NCBI GenBank assembly: GCA_947627225.1
Contig: CANQVB010000002.1
Coordinates: forward strand, 1 to 56,040
Reading direction: 5' to 3'
Length of the DNA: 56,040 nucleotides
From: an uncultured Bacilli bacterium
GTDB taxonomy: Bacteria > Bacillota_I > Bacilli_A > RF39 > UBA660
Shown here one piece after another: positions 9,589 through 18,273 of this stretch. The position numbers and the translations under genes were made by a program. Position 1 is the stretch's first letter, and each line of letters begins with the position of its first letter. The notes under the pieces are model-generated. The model had not been told where the DNA came from. It searched no databases and was given only the letters and a program-made list of their open reading frames with translations.

Positions 9589-10365
9589 ATGAATAAAATA
9601 AGGGTCTTAATGATTGATGATAACATTGAACTCATCAACATGGTTAAGGAGTATTTTAGTAGTCACGCAAATATCGAAATAGCACTCACAGCCAACAATG
9701 GCGTAGAGGGAATGGAGAAAATTGTAAAAGAAGAAGGAAACTATGATGTCATCTTATTGGATTTAATCATGCCAAAGAAAGATGGTGTTCGTGTCCTTGA
9801 AGAAATGAAAGAAAAAGGATTAGAAAGAAAGGTCATTGTTTTAACTTCGTATAATGCACAGGAAATGATTCAAAAAGTATCTGGTCTTGGAATTAATTAT
9901 TTTATTTTGAAACCGTTTGAACTGACTGATTTAGAAAAAAGAATTGTAGAGTGCATGAAAAATGGAACAGCAGAAGGTGGAACCTTTGATTTGTATCATA
10001 ACAACTTACAAATTTCGATTACCAAGATTCTACATGAACTAGGTGTTCCTTCTCATATTAAAGGGTATCAATATATCCGAGAGGGAATTAGTATTCTTTA
10101 TGAAAACCCAGGTGTTGTAGGAGGAATTACCAAAGAACTTTATCCAGATATTGCCAAAAAGTTTGATACTACAGTATCTCGTGTAGAACGAGCCATTCGT
10201 CATGCGATTGAAGTCTCTTGGAATAGAGGAAACTGGAAATTGATGGAAGAAATTTTTGGACATAGTGTGGATATTGATAAAGCAAAACCCACCAATTCTG
10301 AGTTTATTGTCACTGTCGCCGACAAGCTTAGGTTGGAATATCATAAATTACCTATAGAAGAATAA
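9589..10365 (+). CDS. spo0A: Sporulation master response regulator Spo0A
   Basis: Receiver domain ([18 protein letters not shown]) plus the Spo0A C-terminal DNA-binding signature [43 protein letters not shown]. Confidence 0.93.
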   Translation: MNKIRVLMIDDNIELINMVKEYFSSHANIEIALTANNGVEGMEKIVKEEGNYDVILLDLIMPKKDGVRVLEEMKEKGLERKVIVLTSYNAQEMIQKVSGLGINYFILKPFELTDLEKRIVECMKNGTAEGGTFDLYHNNLQISITKILHELGVPSHIKGYQYIREGISILYENPGVVGGITKELYPDIAKKFDTTVSRVERAIRHAIEVSWNRGNWKLMEEIFGHSVDIDKAKPTNSEFIVTVADKLRLEYHKLPIEE

Positions 10366-10386
10366 GACTTGAAAGGTCTTTTTTTT
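10364..10386 (+). terminator. Weak rho-independent terminator candidate after spo0A
   Basis: AAGAC-TTGAAAG-GTCTT followed by a T-run. Confidence 0.45.
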
Positions 10387-10403
10387 AGTTTCTTGAAAAA
10401 GAA

Positions 10404-10432
10404 TTGCTCATGATCGTTTTTTCTGTTACAAT
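10404..10432 (+). promoter_or_regulatory. SigmaA-type promoter candidate for the repeat-protein array
   Basis: TTGCTC-17 nt-TACAAT, 25 nt upstream of ATG 10458. Confidence 0.5.
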
Positions 10433-10457
10433 AAAAAACAAAAAGGGAGGAACGGTT

Positions 10458-11792
10458 ATGAAAGTAGAACTAATCAAATGGATAAGAAAACATTTAAAGG
10501 AAGAAGAATTTAGCAAAATTGATTTTAAAACACTTCTTGAGTATGATGAAGAAATATCTACGTTCATCTTATCATCTGATGAAGATAAAAGATTATCTTT
10601 GTTAGAATTTTTCGCTTTAAAAGAAGAGAAGAATCCTGTTTATGAGATGTATCAAAAAGATCGTGAAAAGGTAATGAAATTAGGAGAAATCATTCGAGAT
10701 GCAGAAGAAGATTATCAAGCAAAATATGCTTCAGAAACAGCACGAAACAAGGGTGTTTTAGAAAGAAAAGACGGAGTCCAAATTGTAGAAGCAGTTGCAA
10801 ATGCAAAGGGATGGGGTCAAACAATATCTGGAGCAGAGGTTGCTTGTGATGCAGGTGTTTTAAAAAAGAAAAATGCACTTAGATACGTCACATTGCTAAC
10901 AAATGCAAAGAGAGAGTATCAAGCAAGGCATGGAGCTGTTGTTGCACGATGTAGTAAAATTCTAGCAAGAGAAGATGGAGACAAATTTGTAGAAGCAGTT
11001 GCGAAGGCAAAAGGGGATTATCAAGCAAGATATGGAGTAGAGGTTGCTTGTGATGCAGAAGTTTTAAAAAATAAAAATGCACTTGGATACGTCATCTTGA
11101 TAACAAGTGCAGAAAAAGATTATCAAGCAGCATATGGAGCATTGGTTGCTCAAACTGAAGAAATTTTAGCAAGAAAAGATGGAATCAAGTTTGTAGAAGC
11201 CGTTGCAAATGCAAAGGGATGGTGTCAAACAGAATATGGAGCAAAAGTTGCTTGCAATGCAGACGTTTTAAAACATGCAGATGCGTTTAGCTATGTTGCC
11301 CTGATAACAAGTGCAGAGGAAGCTTATCCAGCAAAATATGCTTCTAAATTAGCGTGGAATAAAATTATTTTAGAAAGAGAAGACGGAGCTCAACTCGTAA
11401 GGGCAGTTGCGAATGCAAAAGGAGAGGGCCAAGCAAAATATGGAGTAAGAATCTCTTGCAACGAAGTTGTGTTAGCTAAAGAAGATGCCTTTGATTATGT
11501 GCAAAGTATTGCAAATGCAACGTCAGGAGAAGCTGCAAAGATTGCCACTACACTTTTAGAACGAGCTATCAAATTAGATTATCCAATCTCTAAATCTTTC
11601 ATTCAAAAAGTGGCAGATGGAACGTATACAGAAAAAGCAAAAAAATATTTGGGTGAAAAAATTTTAGCAGAAAGGGAAGCTATTGTTTTTGGTGATAACT
11701 GGGATATTCAACATAAAGAACAGCTGGATGTTTTACTTGCCAAAATGGGACAAAACGAAAGTAAAACCTCAAAAACCTATCAGAAAAAATAA
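10458..11792 (+). CDS. 34-residue-repeat protein, paralogue 1 (8 repeats); unassigned family
   Basis: Start moved to ATG 10458 behind GGGAGGAACGGTT. The N-domain MKVELIKWIRKHLKEEEFSKIDF is shared with three other genes in the window. No signal peptide or TM segment. Confidence 0.8.
   Translation: MKVELIKWIRKHLKEEEFSKIDFKTLLEYDEEISTFILSSDEDKRLSLLEFFALKEEKNPVYEMYQKDREKVMKLGEIIRDAEEDYQAKYASETARNKGVLERKDGVQIVEAVANAKGWGQTISGAEVACDAGVLKKKNALRYVTLLTNAKREYQARHGAVVARCSKILAREDGDKFVEAVAKAKGDYQARYGVEVACDAEVLKNKNALGYVILITSAEKDYQAAYGALVAQTEEILARKDGIKFVEAVANAKGWCQTEYGAKVACNADVLKHADAFSYVALITSAEEAYPAKYASKLAWNKIILEREDGAQLVRAVANAKGEGQAKYGVRISCNEVVLAKEDAFDYVQSIANATSGEAAKIATTLLERAIKLDYPISKSFIQKVADGTYTEKAKKYLGEKILAEREAIVFGDNWDIQHKEQLDVLLAKMGQNESKTSKTYQKK
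10713..11528 (+). repeat. Coding tandem repeat, 8 x 102 bp (34 aa)
   Basis: Back-to-back units with consensus YQAxYGAxVAxxxxxLxxxxxxx(F/Y)Vxx(V/I)xxA(K/E)xx, alternating A (ILAREDGIKFVEAV.NAKG) and B (VLKNKNAL.YVTLITSAEE) subtypes. Confidence 0.85.
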
Positions 11793-11832
11793 CTTCGAAG
11801 CAATAAAAAGTTAAAAAATAGGAGGAACAGTT

Positions 11833-13182
11833 ATGAAAGTAGAACTAATCAAGTGGATAAGAAAACATTTAAAGGAAGAAGAATTTAGCAAAATTGATTT
11901 TAAAATACTTGTTGAATATGATGAAGAAGTATTTACCTTAATCTTATCATCTAAAGAAGAAACAAGATTATCTTTGTTAGAATTTTTCGCTTTAAAAGAC
12001 AAGAACAATCCTGTTTATGAGATGTATCAAAAAGATTCTATAAAGATAATGAAATTAGGAGAAATCATTCGAGATGCAAAAGGGGCCTACCAAGCAGGCT
12101 GTGGCGTAGAACTCGCTTTGAATGAAGTTGTTTTAAAACACGAAAATTCTCTTGAATATATTACCTTGATAACAAGTGCAGAGCAAAATTATCAAGCAAG
12201 ATGTGGAGCAGACGTTGTTCAAAATGGAGAGATTTTAGCAAGAGAAGACGGAATCAAGTTTGTAGAAGCAATTGTAAATGCAAAAGGGGGTTATCAAGCA
12301 AGATATGGAGCAGAGGTTGCTTGTAATGAAGAAGTTTTAAAAAATGAAAAAGCCCTTAGTTATGTTACCTTGATAACAAATGTAGAGGAAGACGATCTAG
12401 CACAATATGGAGCAGAAGTTGCCCAAAATGGAGAGATTTTAGCAAGAGAAGATGGAATCAAGTTTGTAGAAGCCGTTGTAAATGCAAAAGGGTGGGCACA
12501 GGCAAATTATGGAGCACAAGCTGCTCGCAAGGGAATCGTTTTAGCAAATGAAAATGGAGTTCAAATTGTAGAAGCCATTGCAAGCGCAAAAGGTGAACCT
12601 CAAGCACGATATGGCTTTTGCGCCGCTTGTGATAGAACGGTTTTAAAAAATAAGGATGCCCTTAGTTATATTACCTTGATAACAAGTGCAGAGGAGAGCT
12701 ATCAAGCAATATATGGAGAAAATGTTGCGTGCCGCAAAAAAATTTTAGCAAGAGAAGACGGAATCAAGTTTGTAGAAACAGTTGTGAAAGCAAAAAAAGA
12801 AGATCAAGCATACTATGGAGCTGGTGTTGCCTGCAATTGGGCAGTTCTCGCAAAAGAAGATGCCTATGATTACGTTCAAAGTATCACAAACGCAAAAACG
12901 GAAGAAGCTGCAAGCCTTGCTGCTACACTTCTAGAACGAGCTATCGAACTGAATTGCTCAATCTCTAAGACTTTTATTCAAAGAATTGCAGATGGAACTT
13001 ATACAGAAAAAGCAAAAGAATATTTGGGTGAAAAAATAGTAGCAGAGAGGGAAGTTATTGTTTTTGGTGATAACTGGGATATTCAACACAAAGAACAGCT
13101 AGATGCCTTGCTTGCCCAAATGGAACAAAAAGAAAGTCAAATCTCAAAAACCTATCAGAAAAAAATAACTTCAAAGCAATAA
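11833..13182 (+). CDS. 34-residue-repeat protein, paralogue 2 (8 repeats)
   Basis: Same N- and C-terminal domains as paralogue 1. 40-nt spacer with GGAGGAACAGTTATG context. Confidence 0.8.
   Translation: MKVELIKWIRKHLKEEEFSKIDFKILVEYDEEVFTLILSSKEETRLSLLEFFALKDKNNPVYEMYQKDSIKIMKLGEIIRDAKGAYQAGCGVELALNEVVLKHENSLEYITLITSAEQNYQARCGADVVQNGEILAREDGIKFVEAIVNAKGGYQARYGAEVACNEEVLKNEKALSYVTLITNVEEDDLAQYGAEVAQNGEILAREDGIKFVEAVVNAKGWAQANYGAQAARKGIVLANENGVQIVEAIASAKGEPQARYGFCAACDRTVLKNKDALSYITLITSAEESYQAIYGENVACRKKILAREDGIKFVETVVKAKKEDQAYYGAGVACNWAVLAKEDAYDYVQSITNAKTEEAASLAATLLERAIELNCSISKTFIQRIADGTYTEKAKEYLGEKIVAEREVIVFGDNWDIQHKEQLDALLAQMEQKESQISKTYQKKITSKQ
12088..12903 (+). repeat. Coding tandem repeat, 8 x 102 bp
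   Basis: Same 34-aa unit as 10713..11528. Confidence 0.85.
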
Positions 13183-13208
13183 AAAGTTAAAAAATAGGAG
13201 GAACGGTT

Positions 13209-14255
13209 ATGAATGTAGGACCAATTAAGTGGATAAGAAAGAGTCTAAAGAAAAAAGAATTAATCAAGTGGATAAAAGAAAATTTATGGGAAGAAAAAAT
13301 TAGCGAAATTGATTTTAAAACACTTCTTGAATATGATGAGAAAGTCTTTGATTTAATCTTATCGACGGATGAAGGAAAAAGATTATTTTTGTTAGAATTT
13401 TTTGCTTCAAAAGGAAAGAAGAGGCCTGTTTATGAGATGTATCAAAAAGATTCTGAAAGGATAATCAAGTTAGGAGAAATCATAAAGAATGCGAAAGGAA
13501 GGTGTCAAGCAAGCTGTGGAGCAGAAGTTGCTAAAAATGGAGAAATTTTAGCGAGAAAAGATGGAGACAAATTTGTAGAAGCAGTTGTAAACGCAGAAGA
13601 AGATTACCAAGCAGAAAGTGGGGCAGGAGTTGCTTGTGATACAGACGTTTTAAAAAATAAAAAAGCGCTTAGATACGTCACATTGATAACAAATGCAGAG
13701 GAAAAGTATCAAGTATGGAATGGAGCAGAAGTGGCTCAAAATGGAGAAATTTTAGCAAGAGAAGATGGAGACAAATTTGTAGAAGCAGTTGTAAACGCAA
13801 AAGGAGATTGCCAAGCATTGGAAGGAACATACGTTGCTCAGAGGGAAAAAGTTTTAAAAAATAAAAATGCACTTGGATACGTCACCTTGATAACAAGTGC
13901 AGAAGGAGACCAGCAAGCGCTATCTGGAGCAGCGGTTGCTTGTGATGCAGATGTTCTAGCAAGAGAAGATGGAATCAAGTTTGTAGAAGCCATTACAAAA
14001 GCAAAAGGAAAAGACGAAGCAGAATATGGAGCATGGGTTGCCCAAAATGAAAAAATTTTAGCACGAGAAGATGGGATAAAATTTGTAGAAGCATTTGCAA
14101 AGGCAAAGAGGTGGAATCCTATTGCCCAATCTCTAAAGTTTTTATTCAAAAAGTGGCAGAACCAAGAACAGCTAGATGTTCTGCTTGCCCAAATGGAACA
14201 AAATAAAAGTACAATCTCAAAAACTTATCAGAAAAAGGCAACTTCAAAACAGTAA
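13209..14255 (+). CDS. 34-residue-repeat protein, paralogue 3 (6 repeats, rearranged termini; possibly decaying)
   Basis: The N-terminus carries a duplicated IKWIRK/IKWIKE segment. The C-terminal domain is mostly deleted, and a stretch homologous to PISKSFIQKVADG is read in another frame (AQSLKFLFKKWQ). Confidence 0.6.
   Translation: MNVGPIKWIRKSLKKKELIKWIKENLWEEKISEIDFKTLLEYDEKVFDLILSTDEGKRLFLLEFFASKGKKRPVYEMYQKDSERIIKLGEIIKNAKGRCQASCGAEVAKNGEILARKDGDKFVEAVVNAEEDYQAESGAGVACDTDVLKNKKALRYVTLITNAEEKYQVWNGAEVAQNGEILAREDGDKFVEAVVNAKGDCQALEGTYVAQREKVLKNKNALGYVTLITSAEGDQQALSGAAVACDADVLAREDGIKFVEAITKAKGKDEAEYGAWVAQNEKILAREDGIKFVEAFAKAKRWNPIAQSLKFLFKKWQNQEQLDVLLAQMEQNKSTISKTYQKKATSKQ
13503..14114 (+). 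repeat. Coding tandem repeat, 6 x 102 bp
   Basis: Same 34-aa unit. Confidence 0.8.
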
Positions 14256-14265
14256 AAACAAAAAG

Positions 14266-14290
14266 ACAGAGGAAATACTTCTGTTTTTTT
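14266..14290 (+). terminator. Rho-independent terminator ending the repeat-gene array
   Basis: ACAGAG-GAAATAC-TTCTGT followed by T7. Confidence 0.6.
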
Positions 14291-14380
14291 ATGGAGTGAT
14301 AGACTGTATACATTTGATGAGAGCAAACGAAAGTCCGTAACAAAAAAGATTAGTCATTGGAAACTTCTTCCTTTTTAGAC

Positions 14381-14409
14381 TTGACCCCAAAGCAAGAAAA
14401 ATGTATACT
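14381..14409 (+). promoter_or_regulatory. SigmaA-type promoter candidate
   Basis: TTGACC-17 nt-TATACT upstream of the ATPase gene. Confidence 0.5.
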
Positions 14410-14442
14410 TAATTTATAAAATATGTAGGGAGGAAACAATTT

Positions 14443-15714
14443 ATGGAACGAAAAATAACTTATTTTCTAAAAAAGTGGAAAATGGATTTAATTCGAAAAC
14501 CTCTCTTACTGTATGGATCTAAACAAATTGGAAAAACATATACAGCGCTTTCCTTTGGGAAGAATTATTATCGTTCTACCATTTATATCAATACCTCTCA
14601 CAATAAAGAACTCTTAGAACTATTTAAAAAAGAACGCTCAATTGATAAGTTAGCCATTGCTTTTTCTAACATGACGGGTGTTGAATTTTTTAAGGAAGAA
14701 ACATTGTTTATTTTTGATAATGTCGAAGATATAGATATTGTAAAAGGAATCAAGCTCTTTGGATTTGATCGAAACAGTTATCATGTCATTGCAATCACAT
14801 CAAGACTTGATTTGCTTACGCACTTTAAGGGCGAAGAATTTCAATATAAAATGATGAGTGAGATGGATTTTGAAGAATATTTGGTGGCAAGAGGGGAGTT
14901 AGAAGTTGCTAAAAAAATCAGAGATGCTTATAACAAAAGAAAAGGGAATCCATATCATGCGAAAGCAATGGACTTGTTCATGGAGTATTTATTAACAGGA
15001 GGTTTTCCAGAAGCTGTTTTTGCTGCAGTAGAAGAACATTCTTTCACAGAAATTAGTGCCATTCAACAAAAGATATTTGATGTTTATAAAGGGGAACTGA
15101 CGAGAGAAAAGAATTTGATTGATGTCCCAAGAGGACTTGAAGTTATTTATAGTATTCCAGAACAGCTCAAAAAAGAAAATAAAAAGTTTCAATATGGATT
15201 GATTGGTTTTGGACATCGTGCGAAAGAGTATGAAAATATCATACAAAATCTTGTACGAAAACAGCTGGTCTATCGAAGTTATAAGATCAGACAAGTTAAA
15301 TCTCCTTTAAGTAGTTGTAAAGAAATAGAACATTTTAAACTCTATTTTCCAGATGATGGTCTTCTTTCTGTGTCTCTTCATCTTTTTAAAAAGCAACTGT
15401 TAGAAGATGAGGCATACAAAGAGACACTTTATGAAAACCATATCGCAAAGACTTTAGTAGAAGCAGGTTATTCACTTTATTATTACCAGTCCAGTGGAAA
15501 GGCAGAAGTAAATTTTGTAATCCAGAATAGACAAGGACAAGTGATTCCGATTGAAATTGCAACAAGAAGCAACTCGAAAGCCAAGTCGCTTTCCGTATTT
15601 ATGAAAAAATATACAACCCAAGATGCGATTCGGGTGACAGAAAATAATTTGGCTGTTAAAAAGGGAGTTTTCTATCTTCCTCCCTATGCATTCTTTTGTA
15701 TGAAAGATTTATAG
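14443..15714 (+). CDS. AAA-family ATPase of the AAA_14/DUF4143 type
   Basis: 423 aa. Walker A LLLYGSKQIGKTY, a Walker-B-like LFIFDNVED, and a C-terminal EVNFVI...IPIEIA block resembling the DUF4143 nuclease-like module. Confidence 0.65.
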   Translation: MERKITYFLKKWKMDLIRKPLLLYGSKQIGKTYTALSFGKNYYRSTIYINTSHNKELLELFKKERSIDKLAIAFSNMTGVEFFKEETLFIFDNVEDIDIVKGIKLFGFDRNSYHVIAITSRLDLLTHFKGEEFQYKMMSEMDFEEYLVARGELEVAKKIRDAYNKRKGNPYHAKAMDLFMEYLLTGGFPEAVFAAVEEHSFTEISAIQQKIFDVYKGELTREKNLIDVPRGLEVIYSIPEQLKKENKKFQYGLIGFGHRAKEYENIIQNLVRKQLVYRSYKIRQVKSPLSSCKEIEHFKLYFPDDGLLSVSLHLFKKQLLEDEAYKETLYENHIAKTLVEAGYSLYYYQSSGKAEVNFVIQNRQGQVIPIEIATRSNSKAKSLSVFMKKYTTQDAIRVTENNLAVKKGVFYLPPYAFFCMKDL

Positions 15715-15729
15715 AAAGAAGGGACTTAT

Positions 15730-16416
15730 ATGTATCTTGTATTAATAAGACATGGAGAAAGTACGTGGAATAAAGAAAATAGATTTACGGGTTGGACAGA
15801 TGTTTCCCTTACTGAAAAAGGAAAAGAAGAGGCGCATGATGCTGGAAGAAGATTAAATGAAAAGAATATTCACTTTGAGTTTGCCTACACTTCTGTTTTA
15901 AAAAGAGCCATCGATACTCTTACGATTATGAAGGAAGAACTTCAACAAGACTTTGAAGTCATACAAGATTGGCACTTGAATGAAAGACACTATGGTGCTT
16001 TGCAAGGACTTAATAAGGAAGCAACAAGCAAGCAATATGGAGAAGAGAAAGTCTTCCTTTGGCGAAGAAGTTTTGATGTAAGGCCGCCACTTCTTACGAA
16101 AGAAGATGAAAGATATCCTGGAAAAGACGACAAGTATAGCTTCCTTTCCCCGCAAGAAATTCCCCTCGGAGAAAGCTTAGAAGATACGATGACGCGAACC
16201 CTTCCTTATTATATGGAAGAGATTGAACCAAAGTTAAAAAAGGGTCACAATGTTTTGTTAGTAGCGCATGGAAACTCACTTCGTTCCATTGTGAAATATT
16301 TAGAAAATATCAAAGATGAAGAGATTCCACAGTTAGAGATTCCCTATGGTGTACCTTGGATTTATGAATTTGATGCATCCCTTCATCTTCTAAAAAAAGA
16401 GGTCCTTGAAAAATAA
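15730..16416 (+). CDS. gpmA: 2,3-bisphosphoglycerate-dependent phosphoglycerate mutase
   Basis: LIRHGESTWNKENRFTGWTDV and VAHGNSLR histidine-phosphatase motifs. 228 aa. Confidence 0.9.
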   Translation: MYLVLIRHGESTWNKENRFTGWTDVSLTEKGKEEAHDAGRRLNEKNIHFEFAYTSVLKRAIDTLTIMKEELQQDFEVIQDWHLNERHYGALQGLNKEATSKQYGEEKVFLWRRSFDVRPPLLTKEDERYPGKDDKYSFLSPQEIPLGESLEDTMTRTLPYYMEEIEPKLKKGHNVLLVAHGNSLRSIVKYLENIKDEEIPQLEIPYGVPWIYEFDASLHLLKKEVLEK

Positions 16417-16424
16417 AATGGATA

Positions 16425-16454
16425 AGAGAAATTTCGGCAGATTTTTCTCTTTTT
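16425..16454 (+). terminator. Rho-independent terminator candidate after gpmA
   Basis: AGAGAA...TTCTCT stem followed by T4-5. The loop contains TTTCGGCAG. Confidence 0.5.
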
Positions 16455-16458
16455 ATGA

Positions 16459-16487
16459 TTGACGAACCTATGTTTGTACCTTATAAT
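16459..16487 (+). promoter_or_regulatory. dinB promoter with overlapping LexA (Cheo) box candidate
   Basis: TTGACG-17 nt-TATAAT. CGAACCTATGTTTG (16463..16476) matches CGAAC-N4-GTTCG with one mismatch. Confidence 0.55.
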
Positions 16488-16510
16488 AATAGAAAGAAAG
16501 GCGGGATTGG

Positions 16511-17728
16511 ATGCAAAGAATTATTTTTCACATTGATGTCAATAATGCCTTTCTTTCTTGGAGTGCTGTGGATTTATTAAACAAAGGATTCAAACAGGAC
16601 ATTCGAACGATTCCTGCTGTGATTGGTGGAGATGAAACAAAACGAAGGGGTATTGTCCTTGCGAAAAGTCCCGTTGCGAAAAAGTATGGTATCACAACCG
16701 CAGAAACGCTTTATTCTGCAAGAAAAAAGTGTCCCAAGCTTCAGGTTTTTCCTCCTAATTATGCATGGTATCGGAAATGTTCAAAAAATTTAATGCAATA
16801 TTTAAGTACCTATACACCAGAACTAGAACAGTTTTCTATTGATGAATGCTTTCTTGATTTCACAGGAACTTCCTTTTTATATAAGGACTATTTAGAAGTT
16901 GCCGAAAAAATTCGGAAAGAGGTGAAAGAAAAGTTTGGATTTACGGTAAATATTGGGATTGCTTCTAATAAATTATGCGCCAAAATGGCATCAGACTTTG
17001 AAAAACCGGATAAAATTCACACTCTTTTTAAAGAAGAAATCCAGGCAAAAATGTGGCCTCTTCCGGTTGGGGATTTATTTATGGTAGGAAAAAGGACCAA
17101 AGAAAAACTAGAACAGTTGGGTATTTTGACCATTGAAGATTTAGCGAAAGCATCACCATCTTTATTGAAGAAACACTTTAAAAATCAAGCTTCTTTTTTA
17201 CAGGAAGCAGCAAGAGGAATTGATGAGAGCAAAGTTTTGTCGAAAAGGGAACAAAATAAATGTATCAGTGTTTCAGAAACCCTCGACCATGATTATCAAG
17301 ATGGTGGAAAACTCAAAAAAATTCTTTTCTATCAAGCAGAAGAAGTAGGGCGAAGCTTACGAGCTCAGAAAATGTATGCCAAGAGTATTGCCATTACGTA
17401 TAAGAATGCCCTTTTTAAAAATTATTCTCACCAAATGACGCTTTTAAATGCGACCAACGTGACTGCGGAAATTTATAAGTATGCTTGCCTTTTATTTGAT
17501 CAAAGTTGGAAGGAAGATCCGATTAGAAATATAGGAATTCGCTTGAGTGATTTAAAAGCAACCATAGAAGAACAAGTTTCTTTTTTTGAAGTGCCCCGTG
17601 ATGAAGGAGTGAACCGAGTGCAAGATGTGATTGATAAAATGACACAAAAATATGGAAAGGGAACTTTAGTACCTGCGAGTTATAAAGAAGAACAAAGAGA
17701 AAGACAAGAAAAATTAAAAGAAAAGTGA
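16511..17728 (+). CDS. dinB: DNA polymerase IV (Y-family)
   Basis: IFHIDVNNAFLS and SIDECFLD catalytic motifs with Y-family palm/finger/little-finger layout. 405 aa. Confidence 0.88.
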   Translation: MQRIIFHIDVNNAFLSWSAVDLLNKGFKQDIRTIPAVIGGDETKRRGIVLAKSPVAKKYGITTAETLYSARKKCPKLQVFPPNYAWYRKCSKNLMQYLSTYTPELEQFSIDECFLDFTGTSFLYKDYLEVAEKIRKEVKEKFGFTVNIGIASNKLCAKMASDFEKPDKIHTLFKEEIQAKMWPLPVGDLFMVGKRTKEKLEQLGILTIEDLAKASPSLLKKHFKNQASFLQEAARGIDESKVLSKREQNKCISVSETLDHDYQDGGKLKKILFYQAEEVGRSLRAQKMYAKSIAITYKNALFKNYSHQMTLLNATNVTAEIYKYACLLFDQSWKEDPIRNIGIRLSDLKATIEEQVSFFEVPRDEGVNRVQDVIDKMTQKYGKGTLVPASYKEEQRERQEKLKEK

Positions 17729-17748
17729 AAGAAAGGAAGAACAAGAAA

Positions 17749-18213
17749 ATGAAATTAGTTGGAGAAACGCTTACATTTGAAACGATAGACCCAAGCAATC
17801 TGTCCCATCAGAAAGCTTTGCATGCGCTTTCAAAAAGTGGTGGTGATTATCTTGGAAATTTATCCACAGCTGTCATGAATCAAAGGGAAGACAAAATTAC
17901 AGGAAATGACTATCTTGTTTTATCTATGGATAAGATTATAGGATATTTAGGTCTTTCAGCGGAAGTTGAAACCTCCATTGGTAAGACCAGTTCCCTTTAT
18001 TATGGTGTATTAGAAAGCGAATATGGAAAAGGTTACGGGAGTAAAATGTTAAAAGAAATACTTCCTATTTTGAAAGAAAATACGGATTTGAAAGTTTTAA
18101 TAGCAAACGTCGATAAAACAAATCATTATAGCTTAAATACAGTGGCAAAAGCAGGTTTTGTTGCTGCTTTTGAGGATGAAGAAGATATTCAATTTCAAAG
18201 ACATGTCAGATAA
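17749..18213 (+). CDS. GNAT family N-acetyltransferase
   Basis: Acetyl-CoA motif YGKGYGSKML...A.KAGF. Start preferred at ATG 17749 (AAAGGAAG RBS) rather than 17725. Confidence 0.65.
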   Translation: MKLVGETLTFETIDPSNLSHQKALHALSKSGGDYLGNLSTAVMNQREDKITGNDYLVLSMDKIIGYLGLSAEVETSIGKTSSLYYGVLESEYGKGYGSKMLKEILPILKENTDLKVLIANVDKTNHYSLNTVAKAGFVAAFEDEEDIQFQRHVR

Positions 18214-18248
18214 GATGGACAAAATGAAGAGGAACGAAAAGAAAAAAT

Positions 18249-18273
18249 AAAAAAGCACAGATTATGCTTTTTT
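18249..18273. terminator. Bidirectional terminator between convergent genes
   Basis: A-run, AGCA-CAGATTA-TGCT, T-run. Overlaps the stop codon of the minus-strand gene. Confidence 0.5.

Noticed and set aside
10690-11082. Short minus-strand ORFs rich in L/Q/H inside the repeat genes (also 13678..14149 and 43158..43718)
   Set aside because: These are antisense shadow frames of the 102-bp coding repeats. They have no RBS and a periodic composition that mirrors the sense strand.
10713-14114. Possible CRISPR array or non-coding tandem repeat
   Set aside because: The 102-bp units are contiguous with no spacers and lie in one long open frame with conserved amino-acid periodicity. These are coding repeats.
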